From Octopus vulgaris (lineage: Eukaryota): 64,000 nt of DNA. The translations under genes were made by a program, and so were the position numbers. The stretch spans positions 35,278,001-35,342,000 of the forward strand of contig OX597819.1 in assembly GCA_951406725.2 (NCBI GenBank), given 5' to 3'. Numbering within the stretch: position 1 is the first letter of the stretch; each line of letters starts with the position of its first letter. Of the stretch, positions 38,394-51,224 are shown piece after piece. The notes beneath the pieces were generated by a model, which was not told the origin of the DNA, ran no database searches, and was given only the letters and a program-made list of their open reading frames with translations.

Positions 38394-40204
38394 TGTATTT
38401 AAAAAATGGGCAGGTCAGGACTGGAAGGCCAGTGACTACAGGTCTGCTTAGTCAGGACTGACACAGAGCTAAACAACAACGTAATATTGTTTGGACATGA
38501 CAAACAACCTATAATTTTATTCTCCAAAATTGTCTTCAATTATGATAATTTAGCCTATTTATTATAAAACATTATTCTAATTTTTCTTATAATTCATAAA
38601 CTTTTCATATATATATATATATAAATGTAAGATCCAGGAATCAAGGTGTAGGAAGAAAGTTAGCTTCAAGTAATCCACAGTGAATATAAAAAAAGCAACT
38701 TTCAGGAATAATAGTGGTTTATTGAGATGGAAGGTTGTGAAATTTTTTTCTATATCAAAGAACGATGAACTGAGAAAAAGTTCTTTTTATATTCCACGCT
38801 AGGCAAGTGTGCAAACAAGAATACAAGAGTTACAGAATGGAGTATGGAAAATCCAGGCTACTTATGTTTCATAGTAAGTGGAACCTCAGAAGTGGTAAAA
38901 TCCAAGTGAGGTGTATATATATAGGTAAGACACTGCCTTGGTAATAAACTCTGAAGTTCACACCTTCAGTGACAGCTCTTACTAAAGCAGCCACACTTCA
39001 TTGCCAGAACCACAGCTACAATCTGTTAGATGATAAGTAGAGAGGGACAAATGGTGCATTTTGGGCCATTCCTAAGAAAACAATGACTGTGTAGTTCCCA
39101 GCCTCACCCCACAGCAATAATGTATGCACACTGGTCAACTACCCTAATAACAATGTGAACATATGTTTATACGATGTACAACATAGTGAGGAATAAATCT
39201 GGGGAAGTTTACATTGGTAGCCCCATTCACAAATTGCATTTTGTGTGTTAAAGAACACATTCATGTGAATGCTCCCTACGTTAAAAAACATTTGGAGAAA
39301 TATTATAACTAGGATATAGTGGTGATCATCAAAACCCCAGAATGGAATACTGGAAATCTGAGGAAAAAAGAAGCTATTCTTATTAATAAAATAAATCTCA
39401 CCATCAACAACAAGGCAAGAGATGTGTGACACTAATTGGATAACACTAAAAAGCTGCACATATTGGACCCTTCATCCCTACATAATTATGTAGATTTGTA
39501 CTGAACTCCCAATTTTCTTTTGATAAATGTTTTTTGAAGTCAAAATACTGGAAAATAAGAGGAAAATGTCAAGTTTAGTTTTTGTTTTGTTTGTTTACAC
39601 TCCTTTATTTCCAATTTGTATTGTAGTGACTTTCTAAAACAACACAAAGGTTATATTTTATTAATTAGATAATTTTACTGAATTAATTACTGCTAAAATA
39701 TGAAAAGGTTAGGAAAAGGAAACGGTTAGACAAATATTGTTTATTAGCGTATTTGGAAAACTAGGAATTTCATTTCAACTATATTCAGCTATTTGAATTT
39801 GTTCTTAATTGTGTGTATTTGCAGGAAGCATGAACTAAAATCATTTATTTATATAGTAAAAGAAAAAAAAAGATTTTATATGAAAATTAATTCTTTTATT
39901 TTTAAAAATGTCTACAGTAAAATAAACTGGTTTAATTAATAACTGATCATTGCAACAATACTTGGACTTTTCTAATTGTTTGCTTGAAGAGAAAAAAAAT
40001 ATCCACATGATGAACTTTGAGGGTACAGGAATACATTGACTTAATGATTCAATTGGTTCTAAGTGTCTACACATTATGTGAGAGATCGTTAAGTCAGAGG
40101 CAATTTCATATAGAAACAATATTATATGGAAGGCGAGTACATTGTTGCTGATGAGACTGGATGTAAGAAGTTTTTAAAACTGTTAAATAAGGTGCAATAA
40201 AATA

Positions 40205-40497
40205 GTCCGAACGTGGCAGATACTAGCGTCGCCTGACTGGCGTCCGTGTCGGTGACACATAAAAGCACCAACTGATTGTGGCTGTTTGCCAGCCTGCTCT
40301 GGCCCCTGTGCCGGTGGCATGTAAAAAACACCCACTACACTTGCGGAGTGGTTGGTGCTAGGAAGGGCATCCAGCTGTAGAAACACTGCCAAATCAGACT
40401 AGAGCCTGGTGCAGCCTCCATGGCTTACCAGACCCCGGTCGAACCGTCCAACCCATGCTAGCATGGAAAACAGTCGTTAAATGATGATGATGATGAT
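40205..40497 (+). mobile_element. RTE-derived 3'-end fragment (related copies at about 26820-27120, 29145-29380, 34240-34510, 37207-37455, 50113-50305, 61410-61512)
   Basis: ggaagggcatccagctgtagaaac..ccaacccatgctagcatggaaa..gttaaa(tga)n, the same as the 3' ends of the longer RTE copies. Confidence 0.8.
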
Positions 40498-42509
40498 AAC
40501 CAATGGTTGGATTAACTAAATACTTCATAAATAATAAACAATCAAATATTTCCAGTTATTTTTCATTCATTACAGAATGTTTCTTTGCAACTCAGTTTGG
40601 GTTCCAACACTAGATTTATAATTATCTGATAGGTGACAATTCTTGTTGGCTATATTATGCTAAAACACTAGCTTTAGCTACAAATCAGCTACCATGATTT
40701 GGAAAGATGGATTAATGAAAAAGTTTTAAGATGAAAGAGTAGTAGAGAGAATATGAATGTAGTATGTTCATGTGGTAATTAAACTCTGAAAGCAATCATT
40801 ATAAATGCTTATCATTTATTTGCACAGTTAACTAAGTTTTTATTTTATGTTGTTTTTTTTTTCTTTTCTTAAATCATTAAACTGGGGAATTATTAAATGG
40901 ATGGTTGTGAAGTGAGGTATTGCTGTATGAAACTTGCCAAGATTTCTGTTGATAAACACTACTTAAATAAAACAGTTTAATAATGCTGGAACACAATACA
41001 GCTTATGCTGCAGTTCATTAGAGATTAGTTATAAGCTTAGAAATTTCAATAAGTTGATGAACCAGGTTGTTAATTGTGATTGGATTTTGTATTGTGGTAG
41101 GTTATAAGTGAAAAAGAATGTAAACTATCTCTTATTACATATCCTTTAATGACAATTTGATTGCTTTGTTCTTAATATAATGTTCTATGAATAATGATAC
41201 AATGCAACAATAGGTTTCCATCTATTAGTAAAATGCAATAGATGCTATTGCCAGATAATTATATTAGGTGATGGTTAGACTAGGAAAACCAATAAAAAAC
41301 GTCAATGAGGTCTCTAAGTCTGCTAGAAAAGCACTTTGCAACTACATGATTTTATGTTCAATCCAGCACTGTACTACTTTAGACCAGTGTCTTCTACTAG
41401 AATGTTCAACTGACCAAAGATTGAGTAGAATCAGTGTGGAAGCCTGCTGGAGTAGCCATTCCTATTCTTGGGTGCGAGAACTTGATCTTTGCTAGGTTGA
41501 AAACCACCACCAGGTTCTTAGGTGCCTTTAACACAGCACACACATGCTGCAAGTATCTGGGTGAGGTCTCCTGCTTGAGGATCACTTTCTGCCACCAATC
41601 TTGAATGCTCATGAAAGTGTCATGAGTACTATCCTAAGTGATTTAATAACCCCCATATGATAGGATATTTTTAGGAGAATAAGAATCATGCCGAGGTTCC
41701 TTTATTGGTCCAGATGGGAGGGATTAAGACTGAAGGTTGATGTGTGTGTGTGTGTGAGGTCTGTTATGATGCAGAGCATTAAGATGGTTTCTTGTATTGT
41801 GAGAGAAAGTTTGAAAGTTAAACTAAGACTGGCATACAACTTCATAGATCCTTAATCTAAAATGGAATAACCAAATCTCCTTCAAACATTCAATAATCTT
41901 TAACAATGGGTGACTTGCTTAAGTTTTAAATCTAAGGACAAGAGGGATCTAAATAAAGACAATAAAGACAAAATGGCCACAGCTAAAATGCCAGCTGGCC
42001 GATGAAGTTCAACCTACATAGATGAACATGATAGATATTTTATTGTGTAAGAGAAAAGGGTACTCATAATCAACACTTAAGGTTTGAAAATAAAGGAATA
42101 CAAGGTGAAATCAGAATTACTGTAGCTTGAATTGATTCAGATTTTAAAATCAATAGAACATCAATTTAGGAGATAGTGTAATCTATATGTAACAAGAGGC
42201 TGGCAAAGGATGATGATGAGTTTAAGCTTTTAGAGACATCAAAAGTGTATGGATCACTCTATTTTTTTTTTAAGGCTATTTCCAGAGTATTCTTCCAAAC
42301 AATTGAAATAATTCATTTCATGAGTACTCTTACAGCATAGCTGCTAAATATGAATATCTTTGTCATCTTTTGTGCACTCATACTTTACACTGGGTACATT
42401 ATATGTAATTCCTACCAACTCCTTTTCTGCATGTTGAGTATGGCCATTTTCCAGATGATAGTAAAATTCTGTTTTCTCTCCTGAAGGCCTCTTGATTGTA
42501 GGCTTTGCT

Positions 42510-44110
42510 TCTTCATCATCGTCATCGTTTAATGTCCATCTTCCATGCATGCATAAGTAGGACAGTTGACAAGAGCTGACCAGCTAGAAAACTACCCTAG
42601 GCTATTGTGTCTGTTTTGGCAGGGATTTTACGGCTGGATGCTCTTCCTAACACCATCCACTCTGCAGAGTGGACTCAGTGCTTTTTATGTGGCACTAGCA
42701 CAGGCAAGGATAACTTTAGCATGATTTTTATAGCTGGATGCCCTTCCAAATGCCAACCACATTACGATGTGGACTAAATGCTTTTAATGTGGCACCAGCA
42801 CTGGCAAGATGACCAGGTAACTCGCAAGACAAGGAATTATGAGAGGGGCAGAGCATTTGAGGAAGGGAACTTGTGTCAGAGGATGATAGATTAGAGTGTA
42901 ACAGAGAAATAGTGAGGCAAAAATAGGTGTCTTGCTATAGAGGAGGTAAATGGTTATCCAGTGAGAGAGAGAAAGAGAAAAGAGATAGAGAGTGAGAGAG
43001 AGGTACAAGAAAAAGGCCAGAAACAAGTGTGCTGATGTAAAGGAGATACTTGGTTACCTAGTCAGAGGTAAAACAAGAAGAGGAGAGAGTGTGGCCAAAG
43101 AAAAGAGAGAGAGAGAGAGAGTAGGCAGCAGCAAAAGTGTGTTGTTACATGTGGGTGGGACACAAATCTTCTACCATTAAGTTTCATGGACAGGAAGAAC
43201 CTCATATTGCCAAACAGCTTGGTCCATTGTTATTTCCTCAATGAGCCCTAACATCCTAAGATCAGTCCTCAACACTTCATCACATATCTTCCTGGGCCTC
43301 CCTCTTCTGCAGATACCATCCACTTTCAGTGACAAGCACTTCTGTATACAGTTGTTTTCACTCATACGTATCATGTCCAAACCTATGCATTCTCCTCTCC
43401 TGCATACCACATTTAATCCCATTCATGCCTAACTTTTCTCTCAACCGTTGTGCTTTGTCGGTCATGCACACCGATGTTGCAAATCTAACGAAGCCTACTA
43501 CCTTCATTCCTCTCCAGTTTACACATGTCCTCTGCAGCCAGAGCCCATGTCTCACTACCATGTAACATAGCCGTTCTCACATAAGCATACAATCTAGCTT
43601 TCACTCTGAGAGAGTTCTTTTACTGCCAACAGAGGTAGTAGTTCTCTGAACTTCTTTCATCTTATTCTTATTCTAGAGAGTTATAATAAACAGGAGGGGG
43701 TCTAAGAACCAAACCATGACAATCAATTACCTGCACGTTAAATTCTCAGCTGAACTTGATTCTAGCTCTCACCTTTCTGACAACATTTTTGTATATGGCT
43801 TGCACAGCTCTCACAAACAGTTCAATTACATCTGGTGTTCTTATACCATACACCATGAAACTTCAGGACATGGTGTCCTATCATGAGCCTTCTTCAGGTT
43901 AAAAAATGCAAGGTACAATAGCTTGCTTTTGGTTGAGAATTTCTGTAGTTATCTCATTAGGAAGAGAGCATCAACAGTACTCTGTCATGGCAAAAGTACA
44001 AACTACATCTCACTTAAAGCTGATTCTTTTCCTGATAGAAAAATCAATATTTCATTCAACAGTTTCAAGGTGAAAATAATATTCCAAGAGAGTCAACAGT
44101 TGCTCATGGC
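42510..44110 (-). mobile_element. Older RTE LINE fragment(s)
   Basis: RRGRPRK, LREKLG..RFGH, YLAFFNLKKAHDR remnants; (GAT)n tail near 42512-42526. Confidence 0.75.
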
Positions 44111-45675
44111 TGGCAATGAAATTTTGACATTTATAAATTGAAATTTCTAGAAATTAATAAATTGAAATTTCCAGAAAATAAATTGTACAGGAGATAGTGA
44201 TGTGATGTTAAGATGGCAGAATTTGATTTGAGAGTGATTTCACTGCTATTGCTATTTGGTTGTGTGAATACATAAATATTCTTATGATATTGCACATAGA
44301 AAATTCAAGTCAAATGCTTAAGGATGAGAATGGTAGATGACATTGCTTGTTTAAGAATATATGGGGTTAGTGACGATTGTGACCATGTAGTATGGTAAGC
44401 CCTAAGAAGAGATAAGGGAATTCAGGCAAGCCTATATATCAATTAAACATATATTTGGAGTACTATTCAGATGACACAAATGTCAAGTCAGAGACTTAAA
44501 GCCAAGACAACAAAAAAGAAGTGAGAAAGGTTGTTAGTTTATTAAGCACAGGTCAGCAATGGCCAAGCTGACTATAATGAAAGATGTTCCAACCATGACC
44601 ATACTATTTTTTACTCAAACACTGTATCTAAGACTACATTACCTAATGTATCCAATCATTTTTGAAACAACAAAATCTGAATTGGAGATTTGGTTGCTAG
44701 TTGTAGCAGGTGGAAATCATAATACAGTGGCTTCCCAATTGCACAAAAGACAGTCATGACAGGCAATGCTGTACAATGCTGTAACAATGGAAATAAAAGA
44801 AGAAAAAACCCAAAACCAGTCAAAAGAGGATCCATATTTAGATCTCCCTCTTTTGGTGCCCGTTAAGATTAACCTTCTGGAAATTATCCAGTCATTATGA
44901 ATAACAGCAATAATAATTCCCTGGATGACAACATTTCAAATTTTGTTATTTTGGTCAAATCTGATTCGTCACTATAATGTAAATGAAAAAGCATTCAAAT
45001 GTCAGACACACCAGAGATGCAAAATGAAGTTAGATATGTACTAACTCTACAACTTAGAGGCATACGGAAGTGCAAGAAAAAGCCCCAAAATATGTTAGGA
45101 TGTAATGCATGGTCAAAACCTGCTTTCATCCAGCAGCATCTGTTATGTAATATTCAAATCTTTTTAAGAAAACGTAGATACACTAATACAATACAGGAAT
45201 GTTACCACAACACTTTGCGCCATCTGATCTAGACAAATGCAAAACACCAAAATAGCTAAAAATAAAATGAAATAAAATAATTTCCTCAATTGGGCCTACT
45301 TGCAGCTTGGTTGCAAGCACCTATGAATTTCTTCCATATGTAACATCTGACCATCATTTGCAAAAAGAAATCAAGAGTAGTAACGCCATTTGACAATGTA
45401 ATTTGGATTGAATGAGTCAACAAGAGAGCCTCAGAATGGTCGCTGCTAAAATAGCAATAAAATCTCTCCAAAATCACGCCACTCTGCCTTAAAATACAGG
45501 ACTCAAATCGATAATATAGTTCAGAGTATACCAAAGCTTGAAAAAAAAAAATATTGAAGAAATGGTCATGGTTAGATTGCCTTTGATTTATAGGTCAACT
45601 TGATCAGCACTGACCAAGGGGCTAAGCAACAACTGGAATGGAAATCTAATTAGACTGCAAACCAGATGGGTTCGT

Positions 45676-45708
<33 letters not shown>

Positions 45709-46227
45709 GCATCAGGTAGTTACTGTAAAACGAGCTTGCAACTGGGGGATGGACGAGATCTACGAACAATAGTTGAGCACACATGACTGCAGTATGTGGT
45801 TCTGGCAATGTTTGTTAATAATAGAAATTAATATGGAAAATTGCACATCTGGTCATTAAAGATTTATGCAATGACTCCACTCATAAAGCTCCGTATGTGT
45901 TTTCCCTCTCTCTCTCACACACATACACACAAGCTCTCTCACTCTGAATATGAAGTGGCGGTAGTGGTGGTGGTGGTTAGTGATGCTTAAATGGATCCAT
46001 GAAATTTCTCCTTTCCTTGTTACAGTTAGTGAAAAATGAAAGAAGAGAATCTCCGGGACAAGTGCATATCTAGCAGTAGCAGAAAAAAATGGGAGCGATG
46101 TAATAAGACACATAAACACATATGTGATCGATTACAAAAGATTTGAAATATTAACTGACAGGTTCCTATGACATAAATGTGTATATGTATATACGAAAGA
46201 GAAAGACAGAGGGATATATATATATAC

Positions 46228-46264
<37 letters not shown>

Positions 46265-46875
46265 CAGATAGATAGATAGATAGATAGATAGACAGACAGA
46301 GAGTTCGAATTGATGTATCGTAGAAAAAAGAATGTATTTATACGGAGAAAATAGAAGTGTGTAATTTATAATGTGTAGCCCAATATCAGTTTCGACCGAA
46401 TAGATCAATTAAGGGTGTTCTAACCCTGAACATACTGGGTTATTTTCCTTTCTTTTTCGTGCAATATATTTTGGGTTACCTAATAAAATACATCCTTGCT
46501 TGTTTAAGTCAGTAAAGGCGTGGTTTAAAGGAGATTCTTCTGTTATTTCCAGCATATCGAGCAACTACGTAGAGGCCTTAATTCATTGGTCTGAGTAGTG
46601 ATCGTGATAATGCATTGTAATTATGTAAATAATTTTCTTGTACAGCTTTCGATAATCTAAATTTTTGTCCCTGAAAGGAGCAAAATATGTATTCAAGTAT
46701 ATTCGTTAGAAAGAAAGAGAGAGAATGTGTATGTATAAATAACATCGCCATATCACTGAATGAGACGACTTGAAAAAAAAAAAGCTGTTGGACCTATTCT
46801 ACAAACAGAACAGTTGTTTTCGTGACCTCACCCATCCTTTCTTATGATGAATTACATCGAGCATAAGCAAACTAC

Positions 46876-46908
<33 letters not shown>

Positions 46909-47190
46909 AGAGCAAAAGCAAACTGCTCTAATATATATATATATATAAGCAATTAGCCCACCTGTCTATACCTCATTTATAGTGTGTTTTACTTATTTAA
47001 GACGTAATTGAAAAGCGTACTTTGAGTGATATTTGGCAGTTATGCATGACAGGTTGCACGATTAAGAAGTGGCTCCTCCATTGACTTGATTATAAAGGTG
47101 TGTGAAATGTTGTGCTAGGATATCCTCAATATAAAAAATAATAATGAATATATAAACATATATATATATATATATATAATGCACATTTAC

Positions 47191-47637
47191 CTTATTCTCG
47201 AATATAGCTTCATTGCATCCTTTTGTGTCACAGCATTTTTTGGCACAGTCCATACTATTGACAGCCTGGGCATATTTCATGAATTTTGCTCCCGCTGTCA
47301 GAGAGCTGTTTGTTTTGATGATGACGCTTGTATTCTTGTTATAGTAGCAGACGCCATGCTCAGCCTGTGATCCAGAAACGGATAACGTACCCGAATTATC
47401 CCGATCGGGTGTTTTTATATTTCCTCGCAGATTATCTGCCTGTTTGGTGGGTGTTTGTGTTTCACTCTGGGCATCATCACTGTTTTGCAACAAATCCTGT
47501 TGGCCCCGCTTCGATCGTTCCAGTCTCTTACTCAACCTAATAGCTATAGAAGGTCCTTGTTCAAAGTCCTCAGCGATAAATTCTGAAGCTAAACAGTATA
47601 AAAATATACACGGAAAGATAAAAAGAGGTTTCATCAT
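47191..47637 (-). CDS. LRP11: Exon 1 of an LRP11-like (MANSC-EB-LDLa) protein: signal peptide, RSKR site, N-terminal half of MANSC domain
   Basis: aaaacaATG start; hydrophobic N-terminus MMKPLFIFPCIFLYCLAS; MANSC-type IIKTNSSLTAGAKF..CAKKCCDTKGCNEAIF; donor AAG|GTAAAT at 47190 (phase 0). The symbol is a family-level assignment from domain architecture, not proven orthology. Confidence 0.85.
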
Positions 47638-47639
47638 TG

Positions 47640-47830
47640 TTTTAAATTTTAAAAAAGGGACAAATTATGGATAATTCATAAGCAATAATTAGACAGGCAT
47701 TACACAAGACGGTCGACGAACGGAACCATTTTTGGAGACGCGAGCATGCGTTACCGGAAGTTATTGGAAATGACATTTCGGAATGAAAATAACGTCGAAG
47801 AAAATCACAAGCATACGTCACAAAGGAAAA
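47640..47830 (-). promoter_or_regulatory. Putative CpG-retaining promoter/5' UTR of the LRP11-like gene
   Basis: Local CpG density far above background; ETS-type CCGGAAGT at 47754-47761; YY1-like AAAATGG on the minus strand near 47726-47732; GCATGCG motif; directly upstream of the ATG. Confidence 0.55.
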
Positions 47831-48491
47831 CAGATTAATTTCTTTGCTATTTATTTATTTTACACATATATAAAAGCAAAAAAGAAAACAAGAAAAAAAA
47901 ACAGGGTTCCGTTCAAATATGTAAAAAAAAAAAGAAGAATTTTAATTGACCTTTTTCACATATAATAAAACAGTTGTGTTTCGTTTAATTTTGCGGTTCC
48001 GTAAATCAAATTTTATTAAACAAAATTTTAATTTTTTAATGGTTGAGAGAAAAGAAGGGGAAAATTGCATATATAATCATGAATATTTTTTTGATATTTT
48101 GATATTTTTGTCATTCATTTCTTAACGGCACTGTGGAAATGGTAATGGCTTTAAATAGAATGTGATGCAATGTTTACAGATGTCTTAGTATATCTATAAA
48201 CATTATATTCAAATTCATTTGTTAATTCTTCTTTTGCGGTTATACACCTGTATGCCTTGAACACAAATAAAGTTATTAGAATAAAATACACAGGAAAATA
48301 AAAATAAATATATTCTTTCACATATGGGTTTAGCAGAACAGCCCACGCATACAAAAGAAGGAAGATAACTCTTGAAGAATCTAAAATGTAAACTATTTTA
48401 GATATATCAAGCAGATGGGAGAGCATACATGCAAAAACAGTCTTCCTGATTATAGAAAGTAAATTACTTTTAGTGTGTTGTTTGGTGTTTG

Positions 48492-48894
48492 GGATCTTTT
48501 CGGTTTGAACGGCAGTTTTTAACATAATTTCTAGATAACTAAAAGATTTTAAACTTTGTATACTGGTAGAATGTGTTTATAAAACATCTTTTTCTCTTGG
48601 CTTTATTGAGAAAATTCTACAGTTTGTAAGATATTTGGTCTTTTTTTCTTCAATTTCAACCAATCACTGACGTCTATTGAGGTAAAAAAAAACATTCTGT
48701 GCCGTATGAATATGTCCCTCGTTTAAGAAATAGATTGGGTTTATTTACATTTGTGAAGAAAAAAAGATACCCTTACCCCCACCCTAACCCTAAAACAGAT
48801 TGAAATGCAATAGATCGATACTAGGGTCATAATTATGGGTGACAATTTCATATGACACCGCTAGAAACAACTGCCGTTCAAACCGAAAAGATCT
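48492..48894. mobile_element. MITE with about 27-bp TIRs and probable 8-bp TSD (Merlin-like termini)
   Basis: ggatcttttcggtttgaacggcagtt / aactgccgttcaaaccgaaaagatct; flanks ggtgtttg (48484-48491) and ggtgttag (48895-48902); internal ccctaaccctaa. Confidence 0.75.
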
Positions 48895-49628
48895 GGTGTT
48901 AGTAATCAAGTTGATATCAGAGCAAGTTACTTAATAATGATTTCATATTTTGGCACAAGGCCAGCAATTTTGGGGAAGTGGATAAGTCGATTTCATTGAC
49001 ACCAGTGCTCAACTGGTGTCAATGTTTTATCAACCTCAAAAGGACGAGAGGCAAAGTCAATCTTGGTGGAACTTAAACTCAGAACGTGAAGTCAGTAAAA
49101 ATAACGGTAAGCATTTGGCCCAGCACAAGAACAATTCTGTTAGTGCATTGCTTTGGAGTTGTGTAAAATTTAAAACTAAAAGTCGTGAAGGATTACATTT
49201 AGGGTAAACACGTGTGCCGAGGGTGCTGCTGTACTCCATCTCTGAATGCAGGAGCTGATGTCTCTTCAGGCAGTGAAACAGTTCTGTTGGTGTTTCAGCC
49301 TCTTCCACCATTATGCCAGAGCTGCCTTGGGCCACTGATCGATGTAGGCAACAAAACTCTCAGACAACACAAAGTTTATTGAGTTAGATGTTGCACCTCT
49401 GGGCCAGATGTTTCTACCACCCTCACTGCTCATTCGTGCTGTATCACTCATCCTCTCTCATGAGCCAGATGCAATGGTTGGCTTTCTCAGTGGCTTCTGA
49501 CAATTTTCTGCCAACATTTTTTTCGTCTCATTTGCAGCCATGCAGCCAGTTCAAAACTCTTGAGCATTGAGTTAACTCTTGTTCCAACAAATCCTAGCTC
49601 TTGAGATGATCCAGATGTTGTAAAGAAG

Positions 49629-49660
<32 letters not shown>

Positions 49661-50319
49661 CTTAATTAACTGGTTATTGATTGCATATATAATATGTAAA
49701 CGGAGTCCTTAAATAATTGTGAATAACCATTGTCTGCAATATGGTAAGGAATCCCTCAAAGGAGGAATCTCCATTGGCATGTGAGCAAATGTCTGTGGTA
49801 AATTCTTCACAAAAGACTATGTTATTAAAATGTGTTTGTCAGTGCTTAGTAAATTCTACCATCCTCTCCATCACCCTCACATTCTACAGCAAAGTATTTG
49901 TAAAGGTGAGTTCTTAGCTTCATTGAATTCTTCAACTAATGCAACTGAAATTTCGATTTTGAAATTATTTTTTTATTCATTTCTAATCAATTGTATAGTT
50001 CTGTTTATTTCTCTTTCTTTTAGAATGTATTAATTAATTTTTTTCCCTTCTTTTAGAATGTATTAATTAATTTTTCTTTCCTTCTTTTAGAATATATTAA
50101 TTAATAATTGTGCAGGTGGCACGTTAAAAGCACCCACTACACTCACGGAGTGGTTGGCGTTAGGAAGGGCATCCAGCCGTAGAAACACTGCCAGATCAGA
50201 CTGGACCTGGCGCAGCCTTCTGGCTTCCCAGACCCCAGTTGAACCGTCCAACCCATGCTAGCATGGAAAACGGACGTTAAACGATGATGATGATAATGAT
50301 GATGATATATATATATATA

Positions 50320-50685
50320 TCTTATATAAAATCCGTTCTGTGTGTGTGTGTGGTTTCTAGGATCTCGGGCATCCTCCATCCAATTGCGCTCAAATTTGAT
50401 ATGTAGATACTGACGGTATCACGGCATGTATAAGTCTTGAAAAAATTACAAAAATTGATTCCAGGCAAGAATGCAATCGATAAAGCCATGGGAAATCGTT
50501 TCTCTTTGGAATAGAAAAAAAGTCTATCTTTATTTCTTCTTTTGCTGGTGTCTCAAATTTTGCTGGTGTTTCTCAAAGGGGAGGCCTATGGGACAGTCGG
50601 ACAAGTTGTTTTGAGAAAATTTGGTTTTAATGTTTGATACCTCAGCACCATCCATTGGACGGGGGGGGGGGGGGCGTTTTGCTCA
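50320..50685 (+). mobile_element. Second, shorter copy of the Helitron-like family
   Basis: Shares about 170 bp of 5' sequence (ctaggatctcgggcatc..gataaagcc) and the 3' hairpin (catcca/tggacg..ttttgctc) with 37794-38354; different middle; in (TA)n. Confidence 0.65.
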
Positions 50686-50763
50686 CATATATATATATTG
50701 GTAAAAATAGTAAGATAACAAAAGAAAGAAAGAGACCTCAATATTATGTAAATAGAGGAAATT

Positions 50764-50966
50764 TATCTGTGAAATAATATGTGACAATTATTCAATAGCC
50801 AAGATAAAACTCTGAGTTTCGGATGCCGAGGTGGAAATCCACAACACCATCTCTTCGGTTATCTGGCCCCAGATAGCCGAAGAGATGGTGTTGTGGATTT
50901 CCACCTCGGCATCCGAAACTCAGAGTTTTATCTTGGCTATTGAATAATTGTCACATATTATTTCAC

Positions 50967-50971
<5 letters not shown>
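50764..50971. repeat. 208-bp near-perfect palindrome (103-bp arms) with a hammerhead-like motif on each strand
   Basis: Arms match with one mismatch (50859/50876), centre 50867-50868; agatag-CCGAAGA-gatg..catc c-GAAACTCAGAGTT-ttatct; followed by (TA)n. Confidence 0.9.
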
Positions 50972-51014
<43 letters not shown>

Positions 51015-51224
51015 TTATTTAGGTTACAATCAGAGATGCTATGATAAGATTTGAATGCTAAGCAGAGAGAGTAGGAATAAACACTGTAAAGCATTTTCTC
51101 CTATGCTGTAATAACAACTGATTTGCCACTTACACACATATTGAGGACTTCACCTATCAATGCAAGTATTTCTAGCATTTGTAAATAGTATTTATTAAAA
51201 GCTATCACATTATAATAGCATCTC

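Noticed and set aside
38930-39480. Possible decayed LINE endonuclease region (also unexplained segments at about 41380-41720 and 61680-61970)
   Set aside because: No diagnostic motif could be read with confidence.
40148-40180. CTGATGA as another hammerhead core
   Set aside because: No stem II, GAAA or stem I partner downstream.
48151-48525. 124-aa ORF upstream of the gene
   Set aside because: No recognisable domain, begins inside a MITE, AT-rich chance ORF.
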